From Chrysomallon squamiferum (Eukaryota; Animalia; Mollusca), in assembly GCA_012295275.1 (NCBI GenBank), contig CM022671.1:5766001-5830000 (forward strand): a DNA stretch of 64,000 nucleotides, given 5' to 3'. This document shows positions 13,681 to 28,063 of this stretch, piece after piece; the stretch's first letter is position 1; each line of letters begins with the position of its first letter. Position numbers and translations under genes: made by a program. Below the pieces are notes generated by a model. That model searched no databases, was not told where the DNA came from, and was given only the letters and a program-made list of their open reading frames with translations.

Positions 13681-15172
13681 GAATAATATTAATGGATATT
13701 AATGCTGAACTATTGCCAAACTATATCATACACACATGATAGAGGTATGTGTTTGTGAGTGTGTGTGTGTCTACTAAATCAAATTTTATGCTTCTGAACC
13801 GTAAATATTGTGTGGTAAAGTTTGGCTAAATATATATATTTAGAGATACTTATAGCAGACATATCAGTCCTGACCTCAATAGGATATATATATATGTATA
13901 TCAAAATTCAGTTACTGTTTGTTATTGTTAATGTTATGAAAAACATTAAATAAATAAGTGTCACACAGGAACTATTGGTGGTTCTAAAGACTAAATACAT
14001 CTTATATTCCAATCACTCACAGTGAATTCACAAAGACTGGTTATGTGCTTTGTTAGTAATTAATCAGCAGCAGTTCAGTTCGTAAAAGTCAGATAATATT
14101 TAACTTGCATGCTACATCCTAGTTTATCCACATAGCACATCAATAAAGTCATTTAAAACATTGTTAATATTAGCAAGATACACATTTAAAGTTTTACACA
14201 ATAAAAAAAATTAAATTAAAAATATATATATATGACATTATAAAATACATAAATATGTGTCTGTGAGTGGTTTTTTTTTTTAACACTAAGTGTTGTTGAT
14301 CACTAAGAAAACAATTTCTTTTAATTATAAAACGCACAAAAACTGAACTGCCAACCCTGTATGTCTTAATATAATTGTTTCCTTTTAGTTACTGAATTAA
14401 TGTTGTTATTGTTTTAATAAAAATATTTAAAATTGATTTTGAAGTTTTTGCACTGTTTGTTGTAGATAAAACAGACTGACAATGCATGCGGTGATGTCAC
14501 TGATGTATGGTTTGTCCTGGTAAAGGTGAGTTACTGGGCACCAGACATTTTGTTACATGAGTGGTATCAATAGTTTATAAAATTTATTATAATGTAACAA
14601 GGTTTGCACAGGTTTTTGAAACTGGAAATTCAACACCTGTGTGTGTTCTTGTATCCAGTATAAGCATGAATTAACTGTAAACTTGTGTAACTGGATAAAA
14701 CAAAAAGTAGAATACAGCACTGCCAGTGTGCATCATCTGACGTGAAGTCATTTTAAGCTGCTGTTGTAAAGTTGTTATTAGTGTCACGTAATATGTAGTA
14801 TTACTGTGATGACGTGGGTATGAAAAAAAAAAAAAAATATTTTCAAAAGATTCAAAATTTATTCTGTGGAAAAATAAAATGCATTTTAAGTTTGTTTAAA
14901 AAAGAAACCCCCAAAAAACACCACAAACTAAAACTTTCTCTTTTTTTAAAAAAACACATTTTGGGATGATTTGTTTGATTATGATTATGCTATTTTTTTT
15001 ATCCACAAAATCGAGCATAGTCAGTTGAGAGTGTATTGTTTCCAGTCAGAAGACACTCAGTTTGGTTTTACTTCTGGCAAGACATTTTATTCTGAATAAT
15101 GCACACACTGAGTTTTTATCTTGTACGGATTATAATATACATGATTTTTAACAAAGAATTGTTAGCATGCAT

Positions 15173-15231
<59 letters not shown>

Positions 15232-16894
15232 GAGAGCACTAGTATTTAATTGAATTAATGAAAAATTGTCACAGTTTACAGAATATTTAAACATTTTGTC
15301 TTGAATTTTATTTTTAATGTTTGAAATTTTTGGATATTAATTGTAACTTAAAAAAAAAAAATATATATATATATATAATATAAAATAAACTTAGCTTCCG
15401 ATTTTTAATTATTTCTAATTTGTTGTAAGATACCTTTAGAATCTGTCATTTGAATATATATATATTTTTTTAAATTATCGTTGTATATATTCTAATATCT
15501 AGTCACTATAGCAACAACAACAACAAAAACAGCACCAACAATAATAATAATAATAAAATGCTCGTTTTTTAAAATGAAAATGATTTTTGAATGTAAAATT
15601 GATATAAAAACTAAGCTGACTTATGTTAAAAACAATAAACATTTCTTGTGAACCGTGGATAATATAATTTAAAATTTTTATTTTATTTAAAAAAAAGTCG
15701 CGAGGGATATGTAATGTTATCTTCTTTGCATTAGAAGTATGTCTTTTTTAAACAGGAATACTAATAATAATAATAATAATTTAAATCAATAAAAATCAAG
15801 CGAAATCTTAAAAACATCACGCTATGAAATCTAAAGATAACTTTAAAAGTTTGCATAAATATATTCGTAAATACTTTGTTTGTTGTTGACATAGTCACAA
15901 GATTAAGGACATTGACATGGCATGTGCGTGTATATATGTCGTAAGACGTGATCAGTCACACGTCGCAGATAAGTAGCTATATGGGTGACGTGGAGGTTTT
16001 ACATTCAAAGTCATTCAACCGTACATATACGTATATATCTCAATCTAAACTGCGCTACAGAACTTTAGGTAAACATTCTCATATTACATATATACAATGT
16101 CAAACGTACTTAGAAACCTACAGAAGAATTAATATAATTTAACTGAGTTGTAAACAACCAAAAATATCGTGAAATAAATTGCATTGTCAGATATTAATTT
16201 ATTAATTTACTTGCACATTGTTGTTAATTAAATAAATAAATAAATAAATAAATGCATTTAATTTTTTATTTCAAAATACAAACAAAAGAGTTTGATGTTT
16301 GTTAATCGTTATTTCTTCAAATTACTTTATTTTGTTTGTTAGATATTAATTTTATTAATTTACTACATTGTTGTTTATATTTTATTATTTCTTATTAAAG
16401 AGTTTGATTATGGTTCGTGAAATTTTTATTTTGTTCTGACTAATTATTATTACCACTGTTATTGTTATTATTATTGTTATTCAATTTATTATTCATTGTT
16501 ATTTGTTATGTTTTATTTTGTTTAATTTTTTTTTTAATTTATGTGGTTATAATAATTTAAATTTCCTATTTATTTATTTATTTAATAGAAAATTCATTTG
16601 CAACCAGTATGATTAAAATTTCTACGACGTCCTTTTCTTTTTCCCCGATTTCTCGTCATGCCCAGTTTATTTTGGAAACGGTAACCAGTTTGTTGACACA
16701 AGGTGTGGTAGCTTGTTGACGTTGCTATCCCCGTGCACGTTTGTGTAACATGGGCTGGGATGTTTGACATCACTAAACAATGACAGAATAGAAGACGTGG
16801 TATTGACATAAAAGGGAAAACTAAAATAAAACCTTGTTTTACCTTGTTCCTTGTGTGAGATGGGAAATCATTTGTAATGTGTGTGTAAGAGAGG

Positions 16895-16947
<53 letters not shown>

Positions 16948-17166
16948 AGGATGTATGTGTGTATGTGTATGTAGACATATATGGATTGATAGACATATAC
17001 AAACAACGTAAGAGATACAGAGAGAGAGAGAGAGAGAGAGATTATTAATGTTTATTTGTCAATAATTTATTTCCTATTTAAAATATTTGGTGTACGTGCG
17101 TCTTCCAATTTTTGTTTTTGTTTATATCAACAGAGAAAGTTGATTAGTACTGTTGTGTAAATACTT

Positions 17167-17230
<64 letters not shown>

Positions 17231-18829
17231 TTTTTTAATTGTTAATCATTATTTTTAAACAAAGATTATGCCATATGTTAAAATATTAATAAATAAATAC
17301 TGCACGTTTTTCTAAAGCATTAATTTATTTTCCTCTGTTTTCAGTTAACAAAGTAGCCAACTGTTTTTTTTTTTTTTTTAAATAACAGTCAAAAACAAAA
17401 CAGTTCCTTATAATCAACATGTATTTATACACAGACGTTTTGTCTCCAGTAATGTCTTCCTTAATACGTTTAGATAAATAATTTTAATTAAAAAAACAAA
17501 CAATATAATTTGTTATTTCATATGTAATGATCACAATGTAATATAATACCATGGTTTTATCATATTGATTAATTTCGTATATTTATTTAATACATTATTC
17601 TTTATCAATTAGTATTGTTTATATATAAATAAAATTTGGACGTCTTTTCAGAAATGAATGCCGATATGTTTCCGTGACTTATTCTGGTTGCATTTGGAGT
17701 AACGTTGATTTTACGTGTATAGTTACGTATGTGTAAAGCTGATTTAACATAATATTATTATAAACTTTTATATAAATTAACCATAATTTCATAACTATAT
17801 GTTTCATTCGTTAAAGTAAACAATTTAACATAGGTTTCGCTGATTTCATACTTTACACATTTTCAGTATATATATATATATACGTTTGTTAGTGTTGATT
17901 TAATTTATTACAAACATTGATATAATCTAACGTTAATTTCACAAATATAAATGTCCGATAGCGTTGATTTCACAAATAAATATTTACCTCCATAAGTGTT
18001 GATTTCACATATTTTAAAATTTGATTTAATTTTACGTTGATTTCACAAATACATGTTTATGTTCATTAGCATTTATTTCACGTAATATATTTTTTTATAT
18101 ATATATTAATGATAATTTCGCATACAAATATTGATTTGAATGAGTGATAATTTAATGTTTAAATGTTAAAATACATTAATATTGTTTTCACATATATATT
18201 ATTAAGATTATTAAAACATAGCTTCAATGTTACAATTAAATTTTTACATAAATTACGGTTCATTTCTTGACTTCTATACATTTGTCTTGTAAATGTTTAT
18301 GTGACTAAACCTAATTTGATTAAAAAAAAAACCCAAAAAAACCCCAAAAAACTAAAAACAATAGACAAACAAACATAAATAACCTTTGGTTTCGTAAAAT
18401 AATGAATATAATTAATTTTACGTATTATATTTTATATGACTTAGCCCTCATTTCGCACATTGCTTTACAGTTCAGTGTCGATTTTATTTATCAATCTTTA
18501 AATTCATAAACTATGTCAAAAGTTTTTATAATTATTTTTATTATTTTTTTAACTCTGTATAAATGATCCTATTCATATTATTTTTTTTTTTACGTTAAAT
18601 ATCTCTTTAAACCAGAATTCATTTTACATACAACTTAACGTAATTTATCGAAAACTGATTACTTCACTTTGCCTATGAATAAAATAATCGTAGAAAAGAA
18701 ATAAAAAAAATCATCAAAGAAAACGATTTAGAATTTTTCTCCAGAATTGATGCGGAGAACTGTAATTCCATTTTCTGGTCACAAAATGTCCAAATTCTTC
18801 ACTAGAGCCCAAAACTCGCCAACTTTTCC

Positions 18830-20253
18830 TTAACACACCGGCTGAGCCAGCGTACGCTTTGTTACTTTGCCGTCGCAGCAGAGGTCGAAGACGTAGTCGT
18901 AGACGTCGGTGTTACAACACGCTGGCCGTAGTCCCTGACGTCGCTGAATCACACCCGAGCAGCAAATGTGAGTCCTGGGATGATAGAGCTTTCCCTCACA
19001 TCTCCCTGAAATATTTAAATAAATAAGTAAATAAATAGGTGGGTAATAGTAATTAAAATTGTAGCAGTAGCAGCAGTAGTAGTAGTATAGGAGCAGCAGT
19101 AGTAGTAGGAGGAGTAGCAGGAGGAGCAGTAGGACTAGCAGAGGTAATAGTAGTAGTAGTAACAAAAATAGTCTTTCAGATTAACTGATATTAAAATAAT
19201 ATTTATTTTATCTTTCAGAATAATTGCCCAGATTCTGTTCCAAAAAAAACAGAAATTTGTGAGAAAGAAAACATTACGGATGTTTGGAACACAAAGGTAA
19301 GTAAAAGGGAAAAAAATCATAAAGGTGAGTATATTCATCATAGCTGTCTGTAATTACAACACAGGTAATCTAATAATATTCGTATTGTTAAATAACAGAG
19401 ACAGAAAGGTGATAGTTATACAGAAGTAGATGTGTAAAATAATTATTACCTATTTGATACACGTTAATATGTAATTTATTTTCAATACGTTAGTATGCAG
19501 TGTTCAGTACGTTGGTATCTAGTTGATGTTTATTACGTTATTACATAATTAATGTTCAAAACAATACACAGTTAAGGTGTATTATGTTAATATGCAGTTG
19601 ATGTTAATTACATTAATACGCAGTTGATGTTACTATATTATGTATTTCTTGATGTTCCTTGTATTAGCGCATAGTTGATATTCATGTTAATACATTGTTA
19701 ATGATCAGTACATTTATCCGTAGTTGATGTTCATTATGTCAATACGCTGTTGATGTTTATTAAAATAAATTAATTTATTATGTTAATACGCTGTTGATGT
19801 TTATTAAAATAAATTAATTTATTATGTTAATACGCTGTTGATGTTTATTAAAATAAATTAATTTATTATGTTAATACGTCGTTGATTTTTTTTTATTATT
19901 AAACTAAATTAATTTATTATGTTAATACGCTGTTACCAAACATTTTACTTACCGTCTACAGCTTTTCCTTTATTCTTTGGCATTTTTCTGTGGTGTCCAT
20001 GAGGTCCATCGATAATGTTGTTCACATTGTAGTTACTGTAGTCATTTACTATTCGATGCTGCTGTCGTTGCCCGACACGATCCTGTCGCTGCAGTGGCTG
20101 TTGGACAGCGTTCTTTTTATCCGGAGCGGAAACTTCTCTTAATTTGCCATTTCTGCGAAACGGACTTTTGGGAAAATTCTGTGTCCGCTTCTGTCCGGTG
20201 ACGACAGCAGCAAGACAAACCACGAGCATGAACAACAACGTTAGCGACGACAT
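18830..20253 (-). CDS. Secreted galaxin-like (Cys-Cys repeat) protein, ~158 aa
   Basis: Exons 20253-19953 and 19005-18830 (G|GTAAGT donor, TTCAG acceptor, phase 1). Signal peptide MSSLTLLFMLVVCLAAVVTG, a basic Q/N/R-rich region, then RCEGKLYHPRTHICCSGVIQRRQGLRPACCNTDVYDYVFDLCCDGKVTKRTLAQPVC. This matches the galaxin/usherin-type CxGxxYxPxxxxCC repeat. Confidence 0.85.
19480..19935. repeat. Intronic minisatellite: degenerate ~22-bp units grading into homogeneous ~44-bp units
   Basis: Degenerate GTTGATGTT..TT motifs from ~19480; near-perfect TAATACGCTGTTGATGTTTATTAAAATAAATTAATTTATTATGT x4 at ~19740-19935. Confidence 0.85.
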
Positions 20254-20970
20254 GACGACGTCGTCATCAATACCTCTTTGCCAGTCAATATAATCCTACA
20301 GCTATCTGAAAACAGTTTGGTGGGGTGGGTTGGGAAAGAAAAAACAGTCTTTCTTTTAACGCAGAATAACCGAATCGTTTGGTCTGATGATTCTCAGTTA
20401 AATGGCTGCTCCCAGAAACTTCTCACTCTTTAAATATCGCGTTTGAAAGTGGTTTTTTTTTTTTTTTTTTTTTTTTTTGCCTCTCGCCTGGTCATCGAAC
20501 GTACAAACAGGAAAATGTTTCTGTTCGCATGTGTCGTTCATGTGCTTATAAGCAAGCACACACACACACAGATCAATACGCCCATGTTTGACCAGGCAAC
20601 AAAGCAAATCTCTGCCACAACATGAACTGTCTGTTTGAAGACGTGCTGGCAGCGAGAACAATTTTCACATCTTTGCGATGATACGAAATCTCGCGGATTA
20701 GCGGATTCCTGCAACAATAAACAGTCTTATATCGACAATAAATGCATCCTTGGCAATCTGCAAAACTCTGATAAAATATTTCTAATATTTCCGGGCGATG
20801 ATGTTTGGTTGGCGGTTTTTCTAAGCTCGTGTTTATAAAATGAGGATGTTTGGTGTTTGTTTTCTTCTCTTATATTCGATTCCTTATTTTATTTGTTTTG
20901 TTTTGTTTTTCTTTAGTTTCATGGTGCGTTTTGATTTCATTTTAGTGTTACGGAATTTTCAGATTGTTTA

Positions 20971-21077
<107 letters not shown>

Positions 21078-21570
21078 ATATATATAAATGCATATGTATG
21101 TGTGTGTATACCTTTTATTATTATTACATCATACTCAAAGTCATAGTTGTTATAACCAGTTGGTACTTAACTTCAGTCTAAATGAAATTTAAAGTTTAAC
21201 CTTTGCTTTTATCGAACTGGCAAACCATACATTTTTTTTTTTTTTTTTTTTTTTTAGACTTTGGCAACGAAACTGACTTTGAAGTTTCAGTCAATAGAAA
21301 TACGAGTTTCTAAAATATTTGCGTGCAGATCAATAGACCTTGAGTTCGATTCTGTAAAGTTGAAGCAGTTCATTTTTTTTTCACAAAGTACGTAAGCAGT
21401 TTTGAAGGTTAATAACCTGAATCACGAGAATTTGAAAAATACACGTATCTGAGCAAATATTAAGCAGAAAAAACAGGCAAGATGGACAGATAGACAGACA
21501 GACGTACAGATTAAGATAACTGCGAAAGAAAGATGAATAAAGTCAGAGAAAAAGAGAGTTGTAAATAATT

Positions 21571-21601
<31 letters not shown>

Positions 21602-22617
21602 TATATACATACACATGCATACAAACTCGTACGTACGTACATACATACACACATATATACACATTCAGATAAAACGATAGATTTATATTTTTAAGACTTC
21701 ATTGATTCGTTTGTTATTGTGTGTGGGTTATTGTACAATGATCTGTCTGAGTTGTTTGTTTTAAGTATCAAATCAGCATTCATTCTTCATTACTTTCAGA
21801 TTTATCAATTACCTAAACGAATATTTTGTTACCATTTCCATTTCAACTGTTTATTAAAGCTCCTGAGGTTTTTTTTTGTTTTTTTTTTTTCATACTTGTG
21901 CAGCATATAAAATGACTAATCAAAAATTTCTGACAACATGAAAAAATAAAAATGGTTTTATTGTATATAGATACAGATTTTTAAAGCTCTGAACTTTTGG
22001 ATTAGAAAACATACGATGTAAAATAGAGATAACTATGTTACCGGTCATTTACATCTAATGACCACGTCAAAAATTATCATTACGTTAACATTATATTGTC
22101 TTGTCATATTTTCATGAGGTGATGTTGTGTACTAAATTTTATCTGTTTGGTATTTGAACTTTGGAGTTTATTATTAGTTACAAACTTAAAATAAAATTGT
22201 GTGATTAAATAAGTGCATGAATACTCTACACAGTCACAGAAACATGCGAATAAATACTAATTATGTTTCAAATTAACAAGATTATTTTTCTCTGCTCTGT
22301 TCTTGTTATCTTTTTATCCATTTTTGTTATCTTTTTATCCATTTTTCTCTTTCAACGCACACACACACAAAAAAACAACAAAATAATTATATAAAGATGT
22401 ACAAACACACAAATGTATGCTCTTTCTTTACATCACACACTGTACACCTAAGTTCACTCAGTGTCGTTTCAACATTTGTCTTTCTGCACATGATAAAATA
22501 TCAAAACTGAGACGAAAGGAAATCAGTCATTCGAAGGACTTATGCACTAACAGTGACGTTTGTTTTTCGCGTGTTGAAATATTGCAGAGATCAAACACTT
22601 GAGAAATGTTTTTAGAT

Positions 22618-22672
22618 CAGGGCTTGGCAACCCTTGGCCCGTGAGGGATTTTAGTCCAGCCCGCCAGCTGAA
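22618..22672 (+). mobile_element. Possible hAT/Charlie-type terminal fragment
   Basis: CAGGGCTTGGCAACCCTTGGCCCGTGAGG...CAGCCCGCC resembles Charlie-family termini (from memory). No partner end was found. Confidence 0.3.
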
Positions 22673-22796
22673 CACTTGGACACCAGTTATTAAATTAACT
22701 TTGTTTTTATTCCTTTAAACCTCCAGACCAAAGCAGCCTTGCTTCCTAGCATCCCTTTTTGGTGCTCACTATTGAATTGAGAAAGACAGATATGTC

Positions 22797-22857
<61 letters not shown>

Positions 22858-24308
22858 GAGTGTGCGTGTAAGTATGACTCCCACCTTCCAGGAATCTGCT
22901 CTGATAATGCAGTTGTTGAAACCGAAATAGGTGATCGAGTAAAAACTCTATGTTCTGATTGACACGCAGTTAAATAATTTTGAAAATAAAAGAAACACTA
23001 ATTAAGAGGCTTACAGGAGTTTTCTCCCTTATCGATCGACCGCGTTTCATACTTTGTTTTTTTAAAAATTTTCTTAAGAGTTGCAATTGTTTCTTTATTA
23101 CTTTTATATTCATTTTTTAATTTATTATTATTTTTTATTGCTTATTGTTGTTGTTGTTGTTGTTGTTGCTGCTGTTGTCGTTGTTTTAGTTTTATTTGTT
23201 GATTATTTGTTTTTATTACATTTATTATTTATTTTGATTTATTGTTATTGTATTAATATTATTTTCATTTACTGAAATGTACTTGCTGTTTATTCATTTT
23301 ATTATTTATCAGTTTTATTTCGATATTTATTGCGTTTTATTATTTTTATTAACATCTTATTGGCGTTCTTTTCGTTTATTTTATTTTATTTTAAATTATT
23401 TTGAATAAATTATAAAATATGGTTTGTATCTGAAACTTGAAGATTTTCTTTTTTTTTTTTTTTTTTTTACATTTTTTTTATTCATTCAGAAATCGTATGT
23501 GTAAGATTATAATAAATTATTAACAAATAAAAGCAGTTGTGAACAACGACTTCTCAAGATGATCTAATTTGACCATTTTGAAACTTCCTTTCTCTGTCAT
23601 TTCAAAATTTAACTCAAATTTCTCGACAAACACAATTCAAGTATTCGGATGAAATAGTTTTTGTTTATCCCTTTGCTTACAATAGTCGATCAACATGTTC
23701 TAATAATGTCGTCAAACGGTTTTTCATATTTAAAAGCCGATGATAGAAAATTAATTAACATGTTCTCATAATGTCGCTAAATAGATTTTTCACAGCTAAT
23801 AGTCGATGACAGAAAATTAATAAGTTCTAGTGATGTCATTAAACAAATGTTTGACATACAATAACTAATGATAAAAATTATCCAGTGTGTTCTAGTGACG
23901 TCATTAAATGTCTGACGTATAATAACTTAGGAATAAACAAATGTCGATAAACAAATGTTTGACGTATTACAGCAGATGATAGAAAATTAACCAGTGTTCT
24001 CTAGGGAGGAATAACAAACACGTGACTGATGACTGTAAAAACAATCAAAATGTTCTTGTGCAGTTTTGAAACAAAACAAACGTTGATTTAACAAGACGTG
24101 TTTGACTTTATTGTTTGATATTTACACAATCCTCTTCTCGATGGCGTCAGCAATCTTGTTGCTGCCCTGAAATTAAATAATTAATTAAAACAAGCATTAA
24201 ATATTTAAACTCGCTAATCCGTAAACATCAAATATTTAAACTCACTAATCCATAAATATCAAATATTTAAACTCAATAATCCATAAATTCTTGTGGATTA
24301 AGATGAAG

Positions 24309-24352
<44 letters not shown>

Positions 24353-24480
24353 ATAATGTACAAGTTCTCTGGATATCGTTTCAAAGCTATGCAAAGCAAA
24401 AAATAGTTAAGTGACATTAATAATTAGTTATTCTTTACTACTACCATATCAACTAATATGCTATTACTGTCACAACTGAA

Positions 24481-24512
<32 letters not shown>

Positions 24513-24793
24513 ATAATAATAATAATAATAATAACGATGATGATGATCTCCTTAACATGTCCTTAACTTCTGTTTTGACTAACAAACGAACTGCATTGAT
24601 GCAGATGTATGGAAGTAATAATATAATGGTATCGTGTTGAGGATATGTCACAATATCCTAGCGTGCAAAGTGAATAGTTTATATTTAAAGCCAAGTGGTA
24701 ACATTGTCTGTTGTAGTGTTTATTTTAATGTCAGTGTGTCATGTAAACATGTATCAACCATACTTACATTAATTTAGCTGAGGTAATGAAGTT

Positions 24794-24840
24794 CTAAATT
24801 TCGAGTTCTTTCTTCAAAAACTGGAAATAATAATAATAAT

Positions 24841-24873
<33 letters not shown>

Positions 24874-25312
24874 AAATACAAGAATATAATAATAATAACG
24901 AAATTAACAATAATAGTAACAACAATGATGATAATAAAAGAAAACCAATAATAACAACAGCATAATAATAATAACAAACTCAACAATAAAAACAATATAA
25001 TAATACTAAGAACAACAACAATAGCATTGACATTAACAATAACAACAATGTTAATAAAAATAAAAACAACAACAATAACAACAACGATAATAACAATAAC
25101 ATCTTTTACTAAAAACATTTAAAAAAAAAAAAAAAAATTAAATTAAAGGTATCTGTTTCAGTTATGATGTAAGTGTTTTCCCATGAAGAGTTTACAAATA
25201 CTATACTGGCCAGTCCATAACAGAATAACAACAACTGATACATTAACATACCGGTATGGAATATGAAATAAACTTGTGAGTGTAATCTTTTGACAGATCT
25301 GAAAATATAAAA

Positions 25313-25347
<35 letters not shown>

Positions 25348-25761
25348 ATAGATAGATAGATAGACAGACAAACAATGGCAGAAATCAAAGAGACTCTGAC
25401 GATCATGACGACAACAAACAAACAATGACGCAATTAATAAAATAGTTTTTCCAGTTACATTTATATTGTATTCAATAAATTCATTCAAAAACCAGCTTGT
25501 ATTATACTTACGATCTAAATACGTAAACAGTTTAATATAACCCAGTCTGTCCAGTAGGGCGTTCAGATTTCCGGTTTCTGCGGCCGCCAGAAGTTCAAAG
25601 GTTATGACCTTTTCATGTTCCGGTAGGGATGAGAAAAATGGCGCCTGCTCAATATCGTCAATGAGACTAATAAATGAAAACTGCGTTTCCTGTGAGGGCG
25701 GAATAGAGGCACCGTTTACGAAGACGAAAAGAAAACCCAAGCACAGAAACACTTTTATCAT
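24794..25761 (-). CDS. Gene A: small secreted protein, signal peptide plus one shared helical 'Y' domain, ~107 aa
   Basis: Exons 25761-25512, 25298-25252 (47 nt) and 24820-24794, all GT-AG and in frame: MIKVFLCLGFLFVFVNGASIPPSQETQFSFISLIDDIEQAPFFSSLPEHEKVITFELLAAAETGNLNALLDRLGYIKLFTYLD|HLSKDYTHKFISYSIP|FLKKELEI*. Confidence 0.88.
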
Positions 25762-25884
25762 GATGTTTTCTGAAATGTAAATATTAATATATCTTATGTC
25801 AGTTATTTATTTAATAATTTGCGCCATTTTTGTTTAGACGCAATTTGGTTTTATTTTATTTTTTATTTTATCAGTATAAATAGT

Positions 25885-25957
<73 letters not shown>

Positions 25958-26228
25958 CAACAACAACAACAACAATGTGAAATACATGCACGCACATAAA
26001 CATGACATTTTACAACCAACCCTAAATTGGTATAATGTATGGATGAAAATAAATAAATAAATAAATAAAATTTTATTAAAAGGGGTGAAAAAAAATAGAA
26101 ATGGAAAAGAAAAAGAATTTATTTATATTGTTTACGGGTATCTCCGTTCGGGCTTATATCAATTATACATGATATTTTTATTTTTTATTTTTTTATTTGT
26201 AATTCTTTTTTAATATTATTTATTTATT

Positions 26229-26291
<63 letters not shown>

Positions 26292-26885
26292 GTTAATTAA
26301 GCATCTAAAACGTATTATTCTCTATGTAAATATATACATTACGTTCTTGAACCCGTAAATTTTCTTCACAGTTGTTCCACGCGTTCTGCCTGATAAGTCC
26401 GCTTTTGGAAGTGGCACGTGACAAATTCACAGCTTTCCTGTCATAAGAGAAAACTATCAAACAGAAGAACTGTCGGTCTAGCAGAGTTTTCAGATCACCA
26501 TAGTTTGTCGTGTTTGCGACAAGCTCAAAAGCAACACCAAGATAATAATTGAAATACACGATTGATAGTGTTAGAATAAAGAAATGTTTTGTTTCTGCTG
26601 ACAGAAGGTCAGTGTCTTGAAATTATCAACAGCACTGAAAGTTCAAAACTAATGATCAGTACTTGTATGCGTTCGTACGTATGTATTTATGTGTGTGTGT
26701 GTGTATATATATGATTGAATGTAAGTGTATGTATGTATTTATGTATCTGTATGCATGTAATGTTCATGAATGTTCAAAATTAATGGCATCAGTATGTTTT
26801 TGTTTATATGTGTGTGGTTTAGTATTTAAATATTCTCTATGTATATACGTCTGAATAGACTCTATTTAACGCACTATGTCACGTG

Positions 26886-26960
26886 ATGCCGTGACGAGTC
26901 GAACGTATGACACCCAGTCGCCCGCACTCCGAAGGCGGACGATGTTACCATTTGGCCATC
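26886..26960 (-). mobile_element. tRNA-derived SINE head (degenerate)
   Basis: The minus strand has an A-box-like TGGCCAAATGG and a B-box-like GTTCGACTC at tRNA-like spacing, but no convincing cloverleaf. Confidence 0.5.
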
Positions 26961-27060
26961 AAGACAAAGAAAACAGTGTGAATAAAAACAAGTAAAAGAA
27001 AACGTTTGAGAACGCTGTTAAAATACTTGAAGAATCAGAGTTCTCTTTGTTTATTCTTAC

Positions 27061-27165
27061 CTTGCTAGAGTTGTATAGTATTCAGATCATTCCTTTCTTC
27101 TAAAGTCTTCTACTAATCAGAATTACGGTGCATGCACGCCATTTATAGGCCAGACGATAAGTACC
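27061..27165 (-). promoter_or_regulatory. Gene A TATA promoter and non-coding exon 1
   Basis: TATAAAT at 27147-27141, an adjacent GATA motif (GATAAG ~27157), an Inr-like TTAGT ~30 nt downstream and donor AAG|GTAAGA at 27061/27060. The acceptor lies 8 nt before ATG 25761. Confidence 0.6.
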
Positions 27166-27558
27166 GCACCAGTTTAACCAGCGACGCTTAATCTTAATTT
27201 TCATTATTTTTGACTTTCACAACATCATATTTCATTATGGATGACGTTACGACGTCGTAACTTCTCCGATACGTATGCGTCGGTGTATACAGGTGAAAAG
27301 GGTGTGATAAGATTTTAATTCAACGGTCTGTCGATGTTTGGATTGCAGACAGAGTAAGTTGGGTAGATAATAGTTTTAAAATAGATTTACGTCTTTTAGT
27401 GTTGACCAGAATGGAAGACCAGTCAACTCCACACCCATTTGCTTTAGGCGTTTACGGTTCATTTTCAAAAATATATATTATTATTAAACTTGTATTCTAA
27501 ACATAGAATAAAATGTTTAGAAAATGTTAACATTAGCAACAAAGTGTCAGATATAGAA

Positions 27559-27612
<54 letters not shown>

Positions 27613-27734
27613 AGAGAATTGGCCAGCACGACCTTTTGTAATAACTTTACTTTCACTAACATTAATGTACTTCATTACTAACTGCCTCCTTTATTTATTA
27701 TTTTTATAATATATGACTTTAAGATAATGTTTAT

Positions 27735-27832
<98 letters not shown>

Positions 27833-28063
27833 ATTAAGGTGACTAATTACACTCCATTATGTAAATTCAAGCAAACAAAACCCAGAAAGGTTACGTCGTA
27901 CATTTTCTAATCTAGATTGTCAAACTTCGCAAACACGCTTTAGTTAATTGCTGTTATTGTTGTGATTGAAAAGAAAAAGGTAAAAGGGTGCAGTTATGGT
28001 TGTAGTTTATTTATGATACAGGTACAATATTTTTTGTTTCACGAGTTTTAAAAATTAGTAAGT

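Larger units (their letters stand above)
7828..18154. repeat. Tandem segmental duplication, copy 2
   Basis: Near-identical to copy 1 (offset ~8123 at the start, 7878 at the IAP ATG). Similarity ends at ...TGAGTGATAATTTA (7827/18154). Confidence 0.93.

Noticed and set aside
16594-16830. GC-richer island with a 71-aa minus ORF, unique to duplication copy 2
   Set aside because: No recognisable motif or consistent splice partners; possibly regulatory, but unsupported.
26886-26960. Functional tRNA gene
   Set aside because: A and B boxes are present but the stems do not form a proper cloverleaf; treated as SINE-derived.
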